NCBI GenBank assembly: GCA_965217775.1
Contig: CBDCJH010000002.1
Span: forward strand, 2,560,001-2,624,000
From: Acidobacteriota bacterium
GTDB taxonomy: Bacteria > Acidobacteriota > UBA6911 > RPQK01 > JAJDTT01
Direction of reading: 5' to 3'
DNA: 64,000 nt
Every line of letters starts with the position of its first letter. Positions within the stretch are counted from its first letter, which is position 1. A program made the translations under genes and the position numbers. The notes beneath the pieces were generated by a model. That model made no database searches, was not told the origin of the DNA, and saw only the letters and a list, made by a program, of their open reading frames with translations. Shown here one piece after another: positions 45,111 through 56,200 of this stretch.

Positions 45111-45352
45111 TCCACCCTCCTCGGCCGCTTCGTCGCCGGTGACGGGAACGCCCTCGACTCCGGCAGTGAAACGAACCTGAGTCCGGCCAAGATGCCCCAG
45201 CAGTTCGCCATTCCCGCTCCCGTTCGAACCGGCCCCCCGGCCGCTCCGCCACGCCGAGCTCTCCAGGGCGATCCATCCGACCGCCGCCCGAGCGGTCGGC
45301 GCACAGGAATCCGGAGCCGAAAGGAGGGAGGCATGAAGGGACCAGATCCGGC

Positions 45353-45404
45353 CGCTGGAGACCCCGTGGCGGTCGCGGCCGCGACCGCCACGGGGTCTCC
45401 AGCG
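45353..45404. repeat. Perfect 52-bp loopless palindrome
   Basis: CGCTGGAGACCCCGTGGCGGTCGCGG|CCGCGACCGCCACGGGGTCTCCAGCG. Confidence 0.95.
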
Positions 45405-45813
45405 ATGTGTGCAATGTTCAGTGGCCATTGACATTCAGGTCCCCCATCACCTCCATGAGCACCGACGGCTGGCCCCACGGCAACCGGAAATCCGCTGCGG
45501 CCACACCGGGCGGGTGACCCCCAGGCGGCTTGATCCAGTGACCGACCGGCCGGCGGCGGACTCCCCACGGCCATGCGATCGCGGCCTGGCGCCTCCCCCG
45601 TCCCCGATCGTCTCGCACCAGCCCCCTCTCGTCGCTCCCCAACCGGGCGTCTCCTGCGGGTCCTCCAGACGCTCCGCAGCCCCATCCCGGCCCCTCGGCG
45701 AATCTCTCGAACCCCTCCTTGTGGCTCCCCCCCCGAACGGCCTCGCCAGGAACCGGAAGGGGACCGTTCTCGACGGCCACTTCGGTGCCCTCCTCCCGCG
45801 CCGCCCACACCCT

Positions 45814-46965
45814 TCAGTCCTGCCCCACCCGCCAGACCAGAGCTCGCGTCTGCCGGGTCTGCAAGTGGACTTCACGGATGTACATGTGCCGGTAGCGGAC
45901 CAGCAGCTTGTCTTCCAACTCTTCCACGCCCACCCACTCCTCCGCCAAGGACTCACACACAAAGTAACGGTCCCCGCCCGCGCTCAAACACCCCCGGCGA
46001 TTGAGCCGTTTCACCTGCAGCCCCCGGGGATACTCCCAGGGAGCCGGGTCCCGATCGTAGCCACGCGTACTGCGACGGTAGTGTTGGGCCGGGACCTCCA
46101 TCCGCAGCGACTCATGGGGTCGAACCTGATTGTATTCCTGGCGAAAGTCCTGCAGAAATCGCTCCCACTCCATCCACCGTTGCGGTCGCCCCCGGTGCGC
46201 CACCGAGTCGCTCAAAGTGCGATGAAATCGTTCCACCTTCCCCTGCGTCTGCGGGTGCCGGACTCGCCCGTAGATCAGGTCGATCCCTTGCTTGATCAAT
46301 TCCACGCTCAATCGCGTCAGCCCCCATCCATTGCTGGTACTCCACCAAGGGGCCCCATGGTCCATCAGCATGGCCTCCGGCACTCCGTAGCCCTCAAAGG
46401 TTCTTCGTAGACAGGTTTGCACCGGATCCATTTGCGTGGTCGGCAAACCATACAACCCCACCGAATACCGCGAGCAGTCGTCCAGGATCGAGAGCGGATG
46501 ACACGGCCCTTCGGGGCCCTGAAACGGTCCCTTGAAGTCCATTTGCCACAACTCGTTGGGCTGGGATCGTTCGAACCGTTGCGGTGCCGGCCGTTGCGCC
46601 TGGTATTCCCCCAACTCGCCCTGCCGCCGTAGAATCCGATTCACCGTCGGGACACTCAAGGACACGCCTTCGCGCTCCAGCAGCACCTGCAGCTTCTTGC
46701 CTCCCCACCCGTATTGCCGCCGCAGTTCCACCACCCGAGCTTCCACCGCCGCCGCCGTTCTCGCCGGACTGTGCCGGGGCCGCCGGGAGCGCTCCTCCAG
46801 TCCGGTCACGCTGTGGGCTTCCCGATACCTCTTCAGCCACTTGTAACCTGTCGGCCGACTGATCTGAAACTCCCGACACAGGGCGCTCATGTTGGCCCCA
46901 GGCTGCACGGCCCGAAGTACGAAACGGATCTTCTGATCCATCACATTCGTCACTTTCCAGGGCAT
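45814..46965 (-). CDS. IS481-family DDE transposase
   Basis: MPWK..VMDQKIRFV, HTH SALCREFQISRPTGYKWLKRY, PNELWQMDFKG, ILDDCSRY, HPQTQGKVERFHRTL, YNQVRPHESL; GGAGG RBS before ATG 46965 (track starts at GTG 46971). Confidence 0.95.
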   Translation of the reverse strand: MPWKVTNVMDQKIRFVLRAVQPGANMSALCREFQISRPTGYKWLKRYREAHSVTGLEERSRRPRHSPARTAAAVEARVVELRRQYGWGGKKLQVLLEREGVSLSVPTVNRILRRQGELGEYQAQRPAPQRFERSQPNELWQMDFKGPFQGPEGPCHPLSILDDCSRYSVGLYGLPTTQMDPVQTCLRRTFEGYGVPEAMLMDHGAPWWSTSNGWGLTRLSVELIKQGIDLIYGRVRHPQTQGKVERFHRTLSDSVAHRGRPQRWMEWERFLQDFRQEYNQVRPHESLRMEVPAQHYRRSTRGYDRDPAPWEYPRGLQVKRLNRRGCLSAGGDRYFVCESLAEEWVGVEELEDKLLVRYRHMYIREVHLQTRQTRALVWRVGQD

Positions 46966-47111
46966 CTTCACCTCCTACCCAAAGAAGGCTACTTCTCACC
47001 CTGATGTGTAAAGGATGTCCTGATACAAACTGTAAACGATGTCCTGATACCGTACACACAAGGGTCGCCCCTACTGTGCGAGCGTCCGCTACTCCACCCT
47101 CTATCCGTCCA

Positions 47112-47221
47112 CGTGTCGATTTTAAGGAGCAACCCGGACGAATTTGGGGCCTAATCGTGAACTCCGGGTGATATTTTTGTTGTTATAGTGATACTACAGT
47201 GAAATATTCCACCCGGACCGC
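47112..47221 (-). promoter_or_regulatory. Conserved promoter block, copy 3 (G3, now separated from it by the IS)
   Basis: -10 TAAAAT on - at 47119-47124; boxes GTGAAC 47157, GTGATAT 47168, GTGATAC 47188, GTGAAAT 47199. Confidence 0.75.
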
Positions 47222-47282
47222 CCTCACCGGCGGCAACCGAGGGATTCAGGGAGGGGATCGTCTTCCAACTACTCTCGGCAGG

Positions 47283-50200
47283 TCATCTTTGAATCGGCAC
47301 CACCGGCAGGGTGGTGAAGATCCGGTTGTCGGTGTCCAGCTCCACCGCGACTCCCGTGAACAGGCCTTCCCCGAGAGCCGTGCATCTCACTGATCCGACG
47401 AAGTCTCTGGTATCCGTCCGGGTGAAGACCTCTTCGATGAACCGGGCATGCTGTCCGTGGGAGTCGAGGCGGATGTCCACTTCGTCGAGCGCCTCGCCCC
47501 CACTCATCAACCGGCACCGCACCGTTGCGCGCTGCGCCGCCAGGTTGCGGATCGCCGCTGCGGTGCGGATCCCGGATGGCTGCCGGCGGGCCGGGAACAG
47601 GGCGTCCACCGTGGCCTGACTGGCTCCCACCCCGGCCACGCCGACGCCGGGGATGTCGAAGCGCAGGACGCCGCCGATGGGTCCGTTCGCTACCACCCGC
47701 ACCGATCCGGTCACCACCTCGCCCCGGCCGTGGGTCGAGATCGTCAGCTCGCCCAGACGGGCCAGGGCCGTTCGCAGGGTCAAGCCTCCATCCTCTCGGA
47801 CGAGAAGATGGTCTTCGACCTCCACCATCGATTCCGGCTCCAGCAGTTCACCGCCCTGATCGTAAAAGTAGATGGCGGGACGGGCCGTTGACGCCGCCAC
47901 GTTCACCAGCACCAGGTCGGACGTGATCAAGGTCCCGTCGCCGGACGTTCCATTGGCGAAATGGGCGAAGTTGAGCGTCGTGTCCTGGTCTTCGGTAGCC
48001 TCCGGGCCGATCGGCACCACCGGCAGCGTGGTGAAGATCCGGTTGCCCGCATCCAGTTCCACCGCCACTCCCGTGAACGACTCACCGGCCGGGACCGTAC
48101 AGCGCACCGACCCCACGAAGTCCGTGGTGTCGGTCTCCGTGAACAGCTCCTCGATGAACTGGGCGTCCTGGCCGTTGGCGCTGAGTTTGATCTCCCCCTC
48201 TTCCAGTACCCTGCCGTTCTTCAGCAACCGGCACTGCACCTTCACCGCTTCCGGGCCCAGGTTGTGGATCGCTGCCGCCGTCCGGATCCCGCCCGCCTGC
48301 CTCCGGGCCGGGAACAGGGCGTCCGCCGTGGGTTCGCTGGCGCCGACGCCGGCGACGCCGATCCCGGGAATGTCGAAGCGGACCACGCCGCCGATGGGGC
48401 CGTCCGAAACCACCCGCACCGATCCCGTCACCACCTCTCCCCGGCCGTGGGTCGAGATCGTCAGCTCGCCCAGCGACGCGATCTCCGTCCGGGGCGACAG
48501 CCCTCCGTCCTCCCGGATCTCCAGATCCTCCCCGACATCCACCACGGACTCGGCTTCAAACAGATCTCCCTCCCCGTCGAAGAAGTAGACGACGGGACGA
48601 ATCTCCGACTCGGCCACGTTCACCAGCACCAGGTCGGAGGTGATGAGGACGTCATTGCCCGTATAGCCGTTTCCGAAATGGGCGAACTCCAGGACCACCC
48701 CCTCCGCCATGGGCGTGGCCTCGACCGGGCTCGAGTGAGGACTTGGACCGACCGAATTCACCGCCCGCACCTCGAAGACGTAGGTCCGGCCGTTGGTCAG
48801 TCCGGTGACGGTATAGCTCAGGTCCGTGGAACCGATGGAGATCCAGTCCCCGGCCCGGTCGATCCGGACCTCGTAGCCGGTGAGGGCGGAGCGGCCGTCG
48901 CTCTCAGGCACCTTCCAGGTCAGCGTCACTTCACCGTCCCCGGCTTCTGCCTGCAGGTTCAACGGTGCTGTGGGTACCGTCGCAGCCGGCGGAGGAGGCG
49001 GCGGCGGAGGTGGTGGTGGTGGAGGAGGCGGCGGCGGAGGTGGAGGAGGAGGAGGAGGAGGAGGAGGAGGGGGAGGAGGTGGTGGTGGGGGCGGGGCCGA
49101 GACTTCGTTGTCCTGGACCGTCACCCGGGCGCTCTGGGTCGAAGTGGGTCCAAGCCGGTACTTGGCTCCCGGCCGCAGCCGGGCGGTGACCCTTCCGGCG
49201 GACTCGGCCACATCGTCATCGTCGGTCCGCACCGACAGTGGCGCCGTCTCCTGCCGGGCCGGGAACACCACCTCGTCCGGCGGATCGCCGCCCGACGTGT
49301 CGATCACCGATCCCCGTTCGGTGACCTCCACGTTCACGGTCAACGACGCTTCCGTGGGCGGCCCCCGCGTCAGCGTGAACTCCACCCTGTCGCCTTCCGT
49401 CACCGTCTCCGATCCCTCCCTCGCTTCGATGGTCACCAGCGGTGGGTCGGCTTCTTCATTGGTCAACATCTCGGTCCCGTTCCCCACCTCGTCCTGGATC
49501 GGGTTGAATCCCGGCGTATAGTCCACCCTCACCGTGTCACCCGTTGCCACGGCTGAGGCCAACGTCAAGATGACGCTGTTGCCCCTGACTTGGACCTGAG
49601 TGACCGGTCGGTCGTTCCCCTCCACCGTCACCGCGAAGTCGGATCTCAACGGCACCAAGCTCTCATCCAACGGTTCGTCGTAGTTCAGCGCCACTCGCGA
49701 GTCATGCACCGTCACGCTCTCCAGTTCCGGCACGCTCGCATCCACCTTGTGGCCCGCCTGCGCCTCCACCGCCTCGTAGCTCCGTGCCGCCGGGTTGTCC
49801 GCCAGATCCAGGATCTTTCCTCCATTGAGCGTGATGCTCCCGCGTGGGACGCTCACTCCGTCCTCGTCCTCGTCCCCCTTCTCCACCGTGTAGACGAACA
49901 CCACGACCGGCCGGTCCGGCCCCACACTGGCGCTGGCCCGCTTCCGCCGGGTCCCCACCAGAAGCTCCAACGTCGGCGTTCCGCGAATGGTGTCCACCGT
50001 CACCGGCTCGTCGTACCGCACCGTCACCGAGATCATGTCGTCGACCGCGTAGGTCGCGTCCGTCCCCGGGTCCGAGCTGATCTCGATCCCTTCGATCGAC
50101 GGGGCCGTCGTGTCCGGCGTCTGGTTGTCCACGAACTCGTCCGTGAACGCTTCGGCATCGTTGCCCACCCGGTCCTGGATCGGATTCGATCGCGGCTCGT

Positions 50201-53200
50201 AGCTCACCCGGATGCCCGTCTCTCCGTGCTCCGACGCTGGATTCACCGTGAGACGAACCGTGCTCCCGCTCACCCGAACCCGGGTCACGGTGCGCGTCTC
50301 GTTGCCTCCCTCCACGGTGAAGTCGCTCGTCTCCGGTCGCGAGGACGTATTCAGGGGTTCGTTATAGGTCAGCGTCAGCGTCGCCCCGTTGACCACCGCC
50401 GGATCCGTATCGGCCAGCACCGGGGCGACCGCATCCACCTTGTGGCTCGAACTGGGCGCCACCGCATCATGGTCCAAGGTGGCGTCATTCTGTGCACCGT
50501 CTCGGATCGTCCCGCCGCTTCGCGACAGCCGGTTCGTCTCGAGGCTCACCCCGTCCTCGTCGTTGTCCCCAGTGACCACCCGGTAGGCGAACTTCACCGC
50601 CTGGTTCGAGACGCTCCGGTACTCCGCCGTTCGGCTTCGGCCTCCCACGTCCAGGGTCAGTTCCGGCGTTCCGGTGATCACCACCGTCTCGTCGAACGTC
50701 ACCGTCACCTCGATGGTCTCGTCCACGCCGTAGGTCCGATCCGACCCTGCACTCGAGGTGATCCGAACCGTCGACACGGCCGGTCCCGTCGTGTCTCCCG
50801 TCCGGTTCGTGACGCTCTTGCTGCTCAACCGGTCCGCGTCGTTGCCGGCGGTGTCCTGGATCGGATTCGATCCCGGCTGGTAGTTCACCCGGAGGCGGCT
50901 CTCTCCATCCGCGACGGCCGAACTCAGGGTCAGGAACACCGCGTTTCCGCTGACCCGGACGCCGGTGACCGTCCGGGTTTCACTCCCGCCTGTCACGGTG
51001 AAGTCGTCCGTCGACGGCACCGAAGAGGAATCCAACGGCTCGCCGTAGGCCAGCGTCAGCGTCCTCCCATTCACGACCGCTCCGTCGCTGGTCGCCAGTG
51101 TGGGCTTGACCCCGTCCACTTTGTGCTGGTTATCAGCCGCCACCGGCGCGTGGCTCAGCACGGCGTTGTTCCGGGCGCCGTCGCGGATGGTGCCGCCGGA
51201 CAGGCGGTTCGCCTCGAGGCTCACCCCGTACGGGGCCGTGTCTCCCGAGACCACCTGGTATTCGAACCTCACGGCGGCCCCCGTGACGTCCTTGTAGTTG
51301 GCCGTCCGGCTGCGTCCTCCCACGTTCAGCGTCAACCGCGGCGTCCCCGTCACCACCACCGTCTCGCTGAACGTCACCGTCACTTCGATGGTTTCGCCGG
51401 CCGCGTAGGTCCGGTCCGATCCTGCGTTCGAGGTGATCCTCACCGTCTCCACGGTCGGCCCCGTCGTGTCTCCCGTGTTGTTGGTGACCGGTTGGTTGTT
51501 CAGCTCGTCCGCGGCGTTGCCCACCACGTCCTCGATGGGGTTTCCCCCCGGCTGGTAGCTCAACCGGAGGCCGCTCTCTGTGTCCTGCACGGCCGGGTTC
51601 AACGTCAGCAAGACCGCGCTTCCGCTCACCTGCACCCGGGTGACCGTACGTGTCTCGCTGCCCCCGGTCACGGTGAAGGCGCTCGCCGCCGGTCTTGAGG
51701 AGGAGTTCAGCGGCTCGCTGTAGGCCAGCGTCAGCTTCGTCCCGTTCACCACCGCCCCGTCCGTCGTGGCCAGCACTGGGAGGATCCCGTCCACCTGGTG
51801 CCGCGCATCGGCCGCCACCGCCGCGTGGTCCAAGGTGGCGTCATTCTGCGCTCCGTCGCGGATCGTCCCCGCACCGCGCGACAGGCTGTCCGCATCGATG
51901 CTCACTCCGTCCCCGTCATTGTCACCCGGGACCACCCGGTAGGCGAACTTCACTGCCTGGTTCTTGACACTTCGGAAGTTCGCCGTTCGACTCCGACCGC
52001 CTAGGTTCAGGGTCAATTGCGGTGTCCCCGTCACCACCGCCGTCTCGTCGAACGTCACCGTCACTTCGATGATCTCGTCCACGCCGTAGGTCCGGTCCGA
52101 CCCTGCACTCGAGGTGATCCGAACCGTCAATACGGCCGGTCCCGTCGTGTCTCCCGTCCGGTTCGTGACGCTCTTGCTGCTCAACCGGTCCGCGTCGTTG
52201 CCGGCCGTGTCCTGAATCGGATCCGACCCGGGCTCGTAGCTCACCCGAAGGCCGCGCTCACCGTCCGTTACGGCCGAGCTCAGCGTCAGGAACACCGCGC
52301 TTCCGCTCACCCGGACGCCGCTGACCGTCCGGGTCTCACTCCCTCCCGTCACGGTGAAGTCGTCCGTCGCCGGCACCGAAGAGGAATCCAACGGCTCGCC
52401 GTAGGCCAGCGTCAGCGTCGTGCCGCTGGCCACCGCTCCGTCGGACGTCGCCAGCGTGGGCTTGATCCCATCCACCTGGTGCCGGGAATCGGCCGCCACC
52501 GGCGCGTGGTTCCGCACGGCGTTGTTCCGGGCGCCGTCCCGGATCGTCCCTCCCGACAGGCGGTTCGCATCGATGCTCACCCCGTAAGCAGCACTGTCCC
52601 CGGAAACCACCTGGTATTCGAACCTCACGGCGGCCCCCGTGACGTCCTTGTAGTTGGCCGTCCGGCTGCGGCCTCCCAGGTTCAACGTCAACCGCGGCGT
52701 CCCCGTCACCACCACCGTCGCGCTGAACGTCACCGTCACTTCGATGGTCTCGCCGGCCGCGTAGGTCTGATCCGATCCTGCGTTCGAGGTGATCCTCACC
52801 GTCTCCACTGTCGGTCCCGTCATGTCTCCCGTGCGGTTCGTGACCGTTCGGTTGTTCAGCTCGTCCGCGGCGTTGCCCACCACGTCCTCGATGGGGTTCC
52901 CGCCCGGCTGGTAGTTCAACCGGAGGCCGCTCTCTGTGTCTGTTACGGCCGGGTTCAACGTCAGCAGGACCGCGTTTCCGCTCACCTGGACCCGGGTGAC
53001 CGTTCGGGTCTCACTGCCCCCGGTCACAGTGAAGGCGCTCGTCGCCGGCCGAGGGGACGACCTCAGCGGCTCGCTGTAGGCCAGCGTCAGAGTCGTTCCG
53101 TTCGCCACCGCCCCGTCGGTCGTGGCCAGCGCCGGCGGCACCCCGTCCACCTGGTGCCGCGCATCGGCCGCCACCGCCGCGTGGTCGAGCTGCGCGTCAT

Positions 53201-56200
53201 TCCGGGCGCCGTCGCGGATCGTCCCTCCACCGCGCGACAGGCTGTCGGCATCGATACTCACGCCGTCCCGGTCGCGGTCGCCCCGGGAGACCCTGTACTC
53301 GAACTTGACGGCCGCCCCCGTGACACTCAGGTAGTCGGCCGTTCGATTCTGCCCGCCCACGTTCAGCGTCAACCGTGGGGTTCCCGTCACCACCACCGTC
53401 TCGTTGAACGTCACAGTCACCTCGATGGGATCTTCCACCGCGTAGGTCCGATCCGATCCCGCATTCGAGGTGATCCGCACTGTCTCCACCGCCGGCCCCG
53501 TCGTGTCTCCCGTGACGTTGGTGACGGACCGGTTGCTCAACCGATCCGCGTCGTTTCCGGCCGTGTCCTGGATCGGAGTCGCTCCCGTCCCCGTCGGCAC
53601 CGTGTAGCTCACCCGCAGGCCCGTCTCCCCGTGCTCCACCGCCGGATTCAGGGTCAGCTCCACCACGCTCCCGCTCACCCGGACTCCGGTGACCGTCCGC
53701 GTCTCACTCCCTCCGGTCACGGTGAAGGCGTCGTTCCCCGGGACCGAGGAGGAATCCAGCGGCTCGCTGTAGGCCAGAGTGAGCATCGACCCGTTCGCGA
53801 CGGCACCGCCGGTGCTTGCCAGTGCGGGCTTGATGCCGTCCACCTTCTGCCCGGTGTCGGCCGCCACGGCCGAGTGGGTCAGGACGGCATTGTTCCCTGC
53901 GGTGTCCTGGATCCTCCCGGTGGCTTGCGACAGACTGTCCGCCTCGATGCTCACCCCGTCCGTGTCGCTGTCGTTGACGGCCACCGTGTAGGCAAAGACC
54001 ACATCCGCCCCCGTGACACTCTCGAAGCTCGCCGATCGATCCCGCTCCCCCACCTTCAGCGCCACCCGCGGGGACCCGGACACCGTGACGGTCTCGCTGA
54101 AGGTCACCGTCACCTCGATCTCATCGCCGATGCCGTAGACGTCCCGGCCGTCCGGAGGATCCGAGGTGATTTCGATCCCTTCGATCCTCGGCGCCTCGGT
54201 GTCCTCCCCCTCGTCCTCGACGATCGACACCGTTACATTCGGCCCCGTCAGCACGGTTTCCGCACCGGCGTTCCACACTTCATGAGTCAAGGTCACCAAC
54301 GGATCCTTGTCAGCATCGTCGTCCCGGTCCGCCGACACCTGGAAACTCTTCGGTTGACTCCAGTTGCCTCCGTCACAATTCCCGTCGCCGCTGCTGACCG
54401 GATGAGCGTATCGGTCCAAGGTTACGTCCGTACCATCCGCATGACTCACTTGGACCCACACGTCGTCACCGCACTCCACACCGTAGAGCTCGGCAGGATT
54501 CTCATTGAAAACCACGGAGTAAACCGCGGTCGTCCCCTCGCGAATCTCCAGCGCGTCCGGCGCTGCGATCAACCTGATGGACGCACGGGGGATGACCCGC
54601 GGCGCGGGAACTTCCGAAAGCGTCGTGCCGTCAGCGGTGCAGATGCCGCCCGAGGCGCAGGATCGGCCGGAGACCAGGTTGAAGGTGATGGGGCCGTCCC
54701 CGCCGGGGGTCAGAGTGAAGAGGTAGGCATTCGCCGCTTCTCCAGCCGAGACCAGGGCGCTCACAGAGTCGAGCGTTGCGCCGGTGAGACTGACCGAGGC
54801 CGTGGCGGCCGTGAAGTCCACGACCGGCCGGCTGAAGGCAACCACTACCTTCGGCTTATCGAACGTCCCGGTGTGGCCGGCGGAGTTCCAGGTGCTCTCG
54901 GCAATCTCCGCCGTCAGCGGGCCGGGCGTGTCCGTGAGCGCGTCGGCGGGGACGGACGTCGCCATCAGGTAGGGCCGCTCTTCGGTATTCTCTTCCGTGA
55001 ACCTGATGAAGAACTTCTCCTGACCCGTGGCTGGATCGACCTGCGTGACCGTCTCCTCCAGGGGTGGCTGGTCTGGCAGGTTTCGGCCCCAACTGATCAG
55101 CCAGTCGCCGTTGTCCATGGGCAGGACCTGCCCGCTGGAATGGCCGTACGCTGCTTTGTTTCCATGCAGGGAATGATCGCGGACGAAGACCGCCTCGCCG
55201 GCGTCGTGGTCCAGCGCGTACTCCACCGCACGGCTGTACACGCCGTCCGTCCGCACCGACTCGCGGGTCCAGGGATCGATCAGGCACACAGCTCCGTTGT
55301 CGTAGAGCAGGAGATGGCCGTTCGGCAGGATCGTCGCGGAGTGCTGGCCGCAGAATTCCCCCTCGGGATCCTTGACCGGGATGAGCGGCGCCGGGCCGAT
55401 ATCGCGTGACGCCCACTCCTCATCACTCAGGTTGGTGCGTCCCACTCGCCACGCCACGGCTCCGGAGGTGACGTCAATGCCGAGCACCTTTGAGCACCCC
55501 CGGAATGATCCGACAATTTGATTGCCATACTTCCGGATGGAATTGACATGGGCATACCCGGGAAACCCTGATCGTGCGAAGCGGTGCTGGACGCAATCCT
55601 CGAGCGGCATGTCGCCCCAGGAGTCCCAGGTGAAAAGCGCCTCCCTATTGTCACGAGTAATGATCTGAATAGCCGAATCGATCATGGTATGGAGTTCATA
55701 CGGTTGCCCGTCAGCATCGGTGAAGGTCAGATGGCTGAGGTTTCTCCCCCTCCGCTCATACGCCATCAGCATGTAGTCGCCGTTCGGCAGAATGGCGAAG
55801 TCATGTTGGTCTGTGCCCGACAGCGGGAAGACCACGCTGATCCGACTGTCGATCAATTCCAGGTGCTGATTCAGGACGTCGAACCTGTTGTCCTGCGTGG
55901 GGTACGCGTAACGATAGACGTCATCCGGATCGATCCGAAAGAACCATGCGCGCTCACGGGCATCGGAGTGGAGTCCGCGGAATCTCGGGACGCCGTTATT
56001 GTCCATCATCACCAGAAATCCGGCGTGACGGAACAAGAGCAGGCCCTCGAACACCCCCTCGGCACCAGGATACCGGCCCGCCTCGATATGGTAGAACTTG
56101 GCATTGAGGCAGTGGACGTAGTAGACGGTGTGGGCGCCGTTGCGGTCGGTCACGCTGATCGGCACATCGCTCGTTATGTTCACCGGTACATTGACCGTGG

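Larger units (their letters stand above)
43903..45433. mobile_element. Non-autonomous IS21-derived remnant nested in the IS481 element
   Basis: Inverted ends TGTCAATGACCATCGAAAATTGCACAC / TGTCAATGGCCACTGAACATTGCACAC; istB fragments inside; no istA; no clear target duplication. Confidence 0.78.
43835..47056 (-). mobile_element. IS481-family element, 3222 bp, enlarged by internal cargo
   Basis: 50-bp imperfect terminal IRs TGTTTGGTATCAAGACATCCTTTACAAGTTGTATCAGGACATCCTTTACA / TGTACGGTATCAGGACATCGTTTACAGTTTGTATCAGGACATCCTTTACA; 7-bp direct repeat CACAAGG at 43828-43834 and 47057-47063. Confidence 0.93.

Noticed and set aside
45418-45810. 130-aa ORF downstream of the transposase as a possible passenger gene
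   Set aside because: No motif or convincing RBS; cannot be supported
17561-48700. Diversity-generating retroelement template/variable repeat pairs among near-identical C termini
   Set aside because: No reverse transcriptase in the window, differences are not adenine-specific, and all copies are coding
52017-55409. Long + strand ORFs (1130 aa here; also 7798..10053, 49590..51698 and many others)
   Set aside because: Antisense shadows of GC-rich giant genes; Arg/His/Val-rich translations with no domains that repeat with the stalk period
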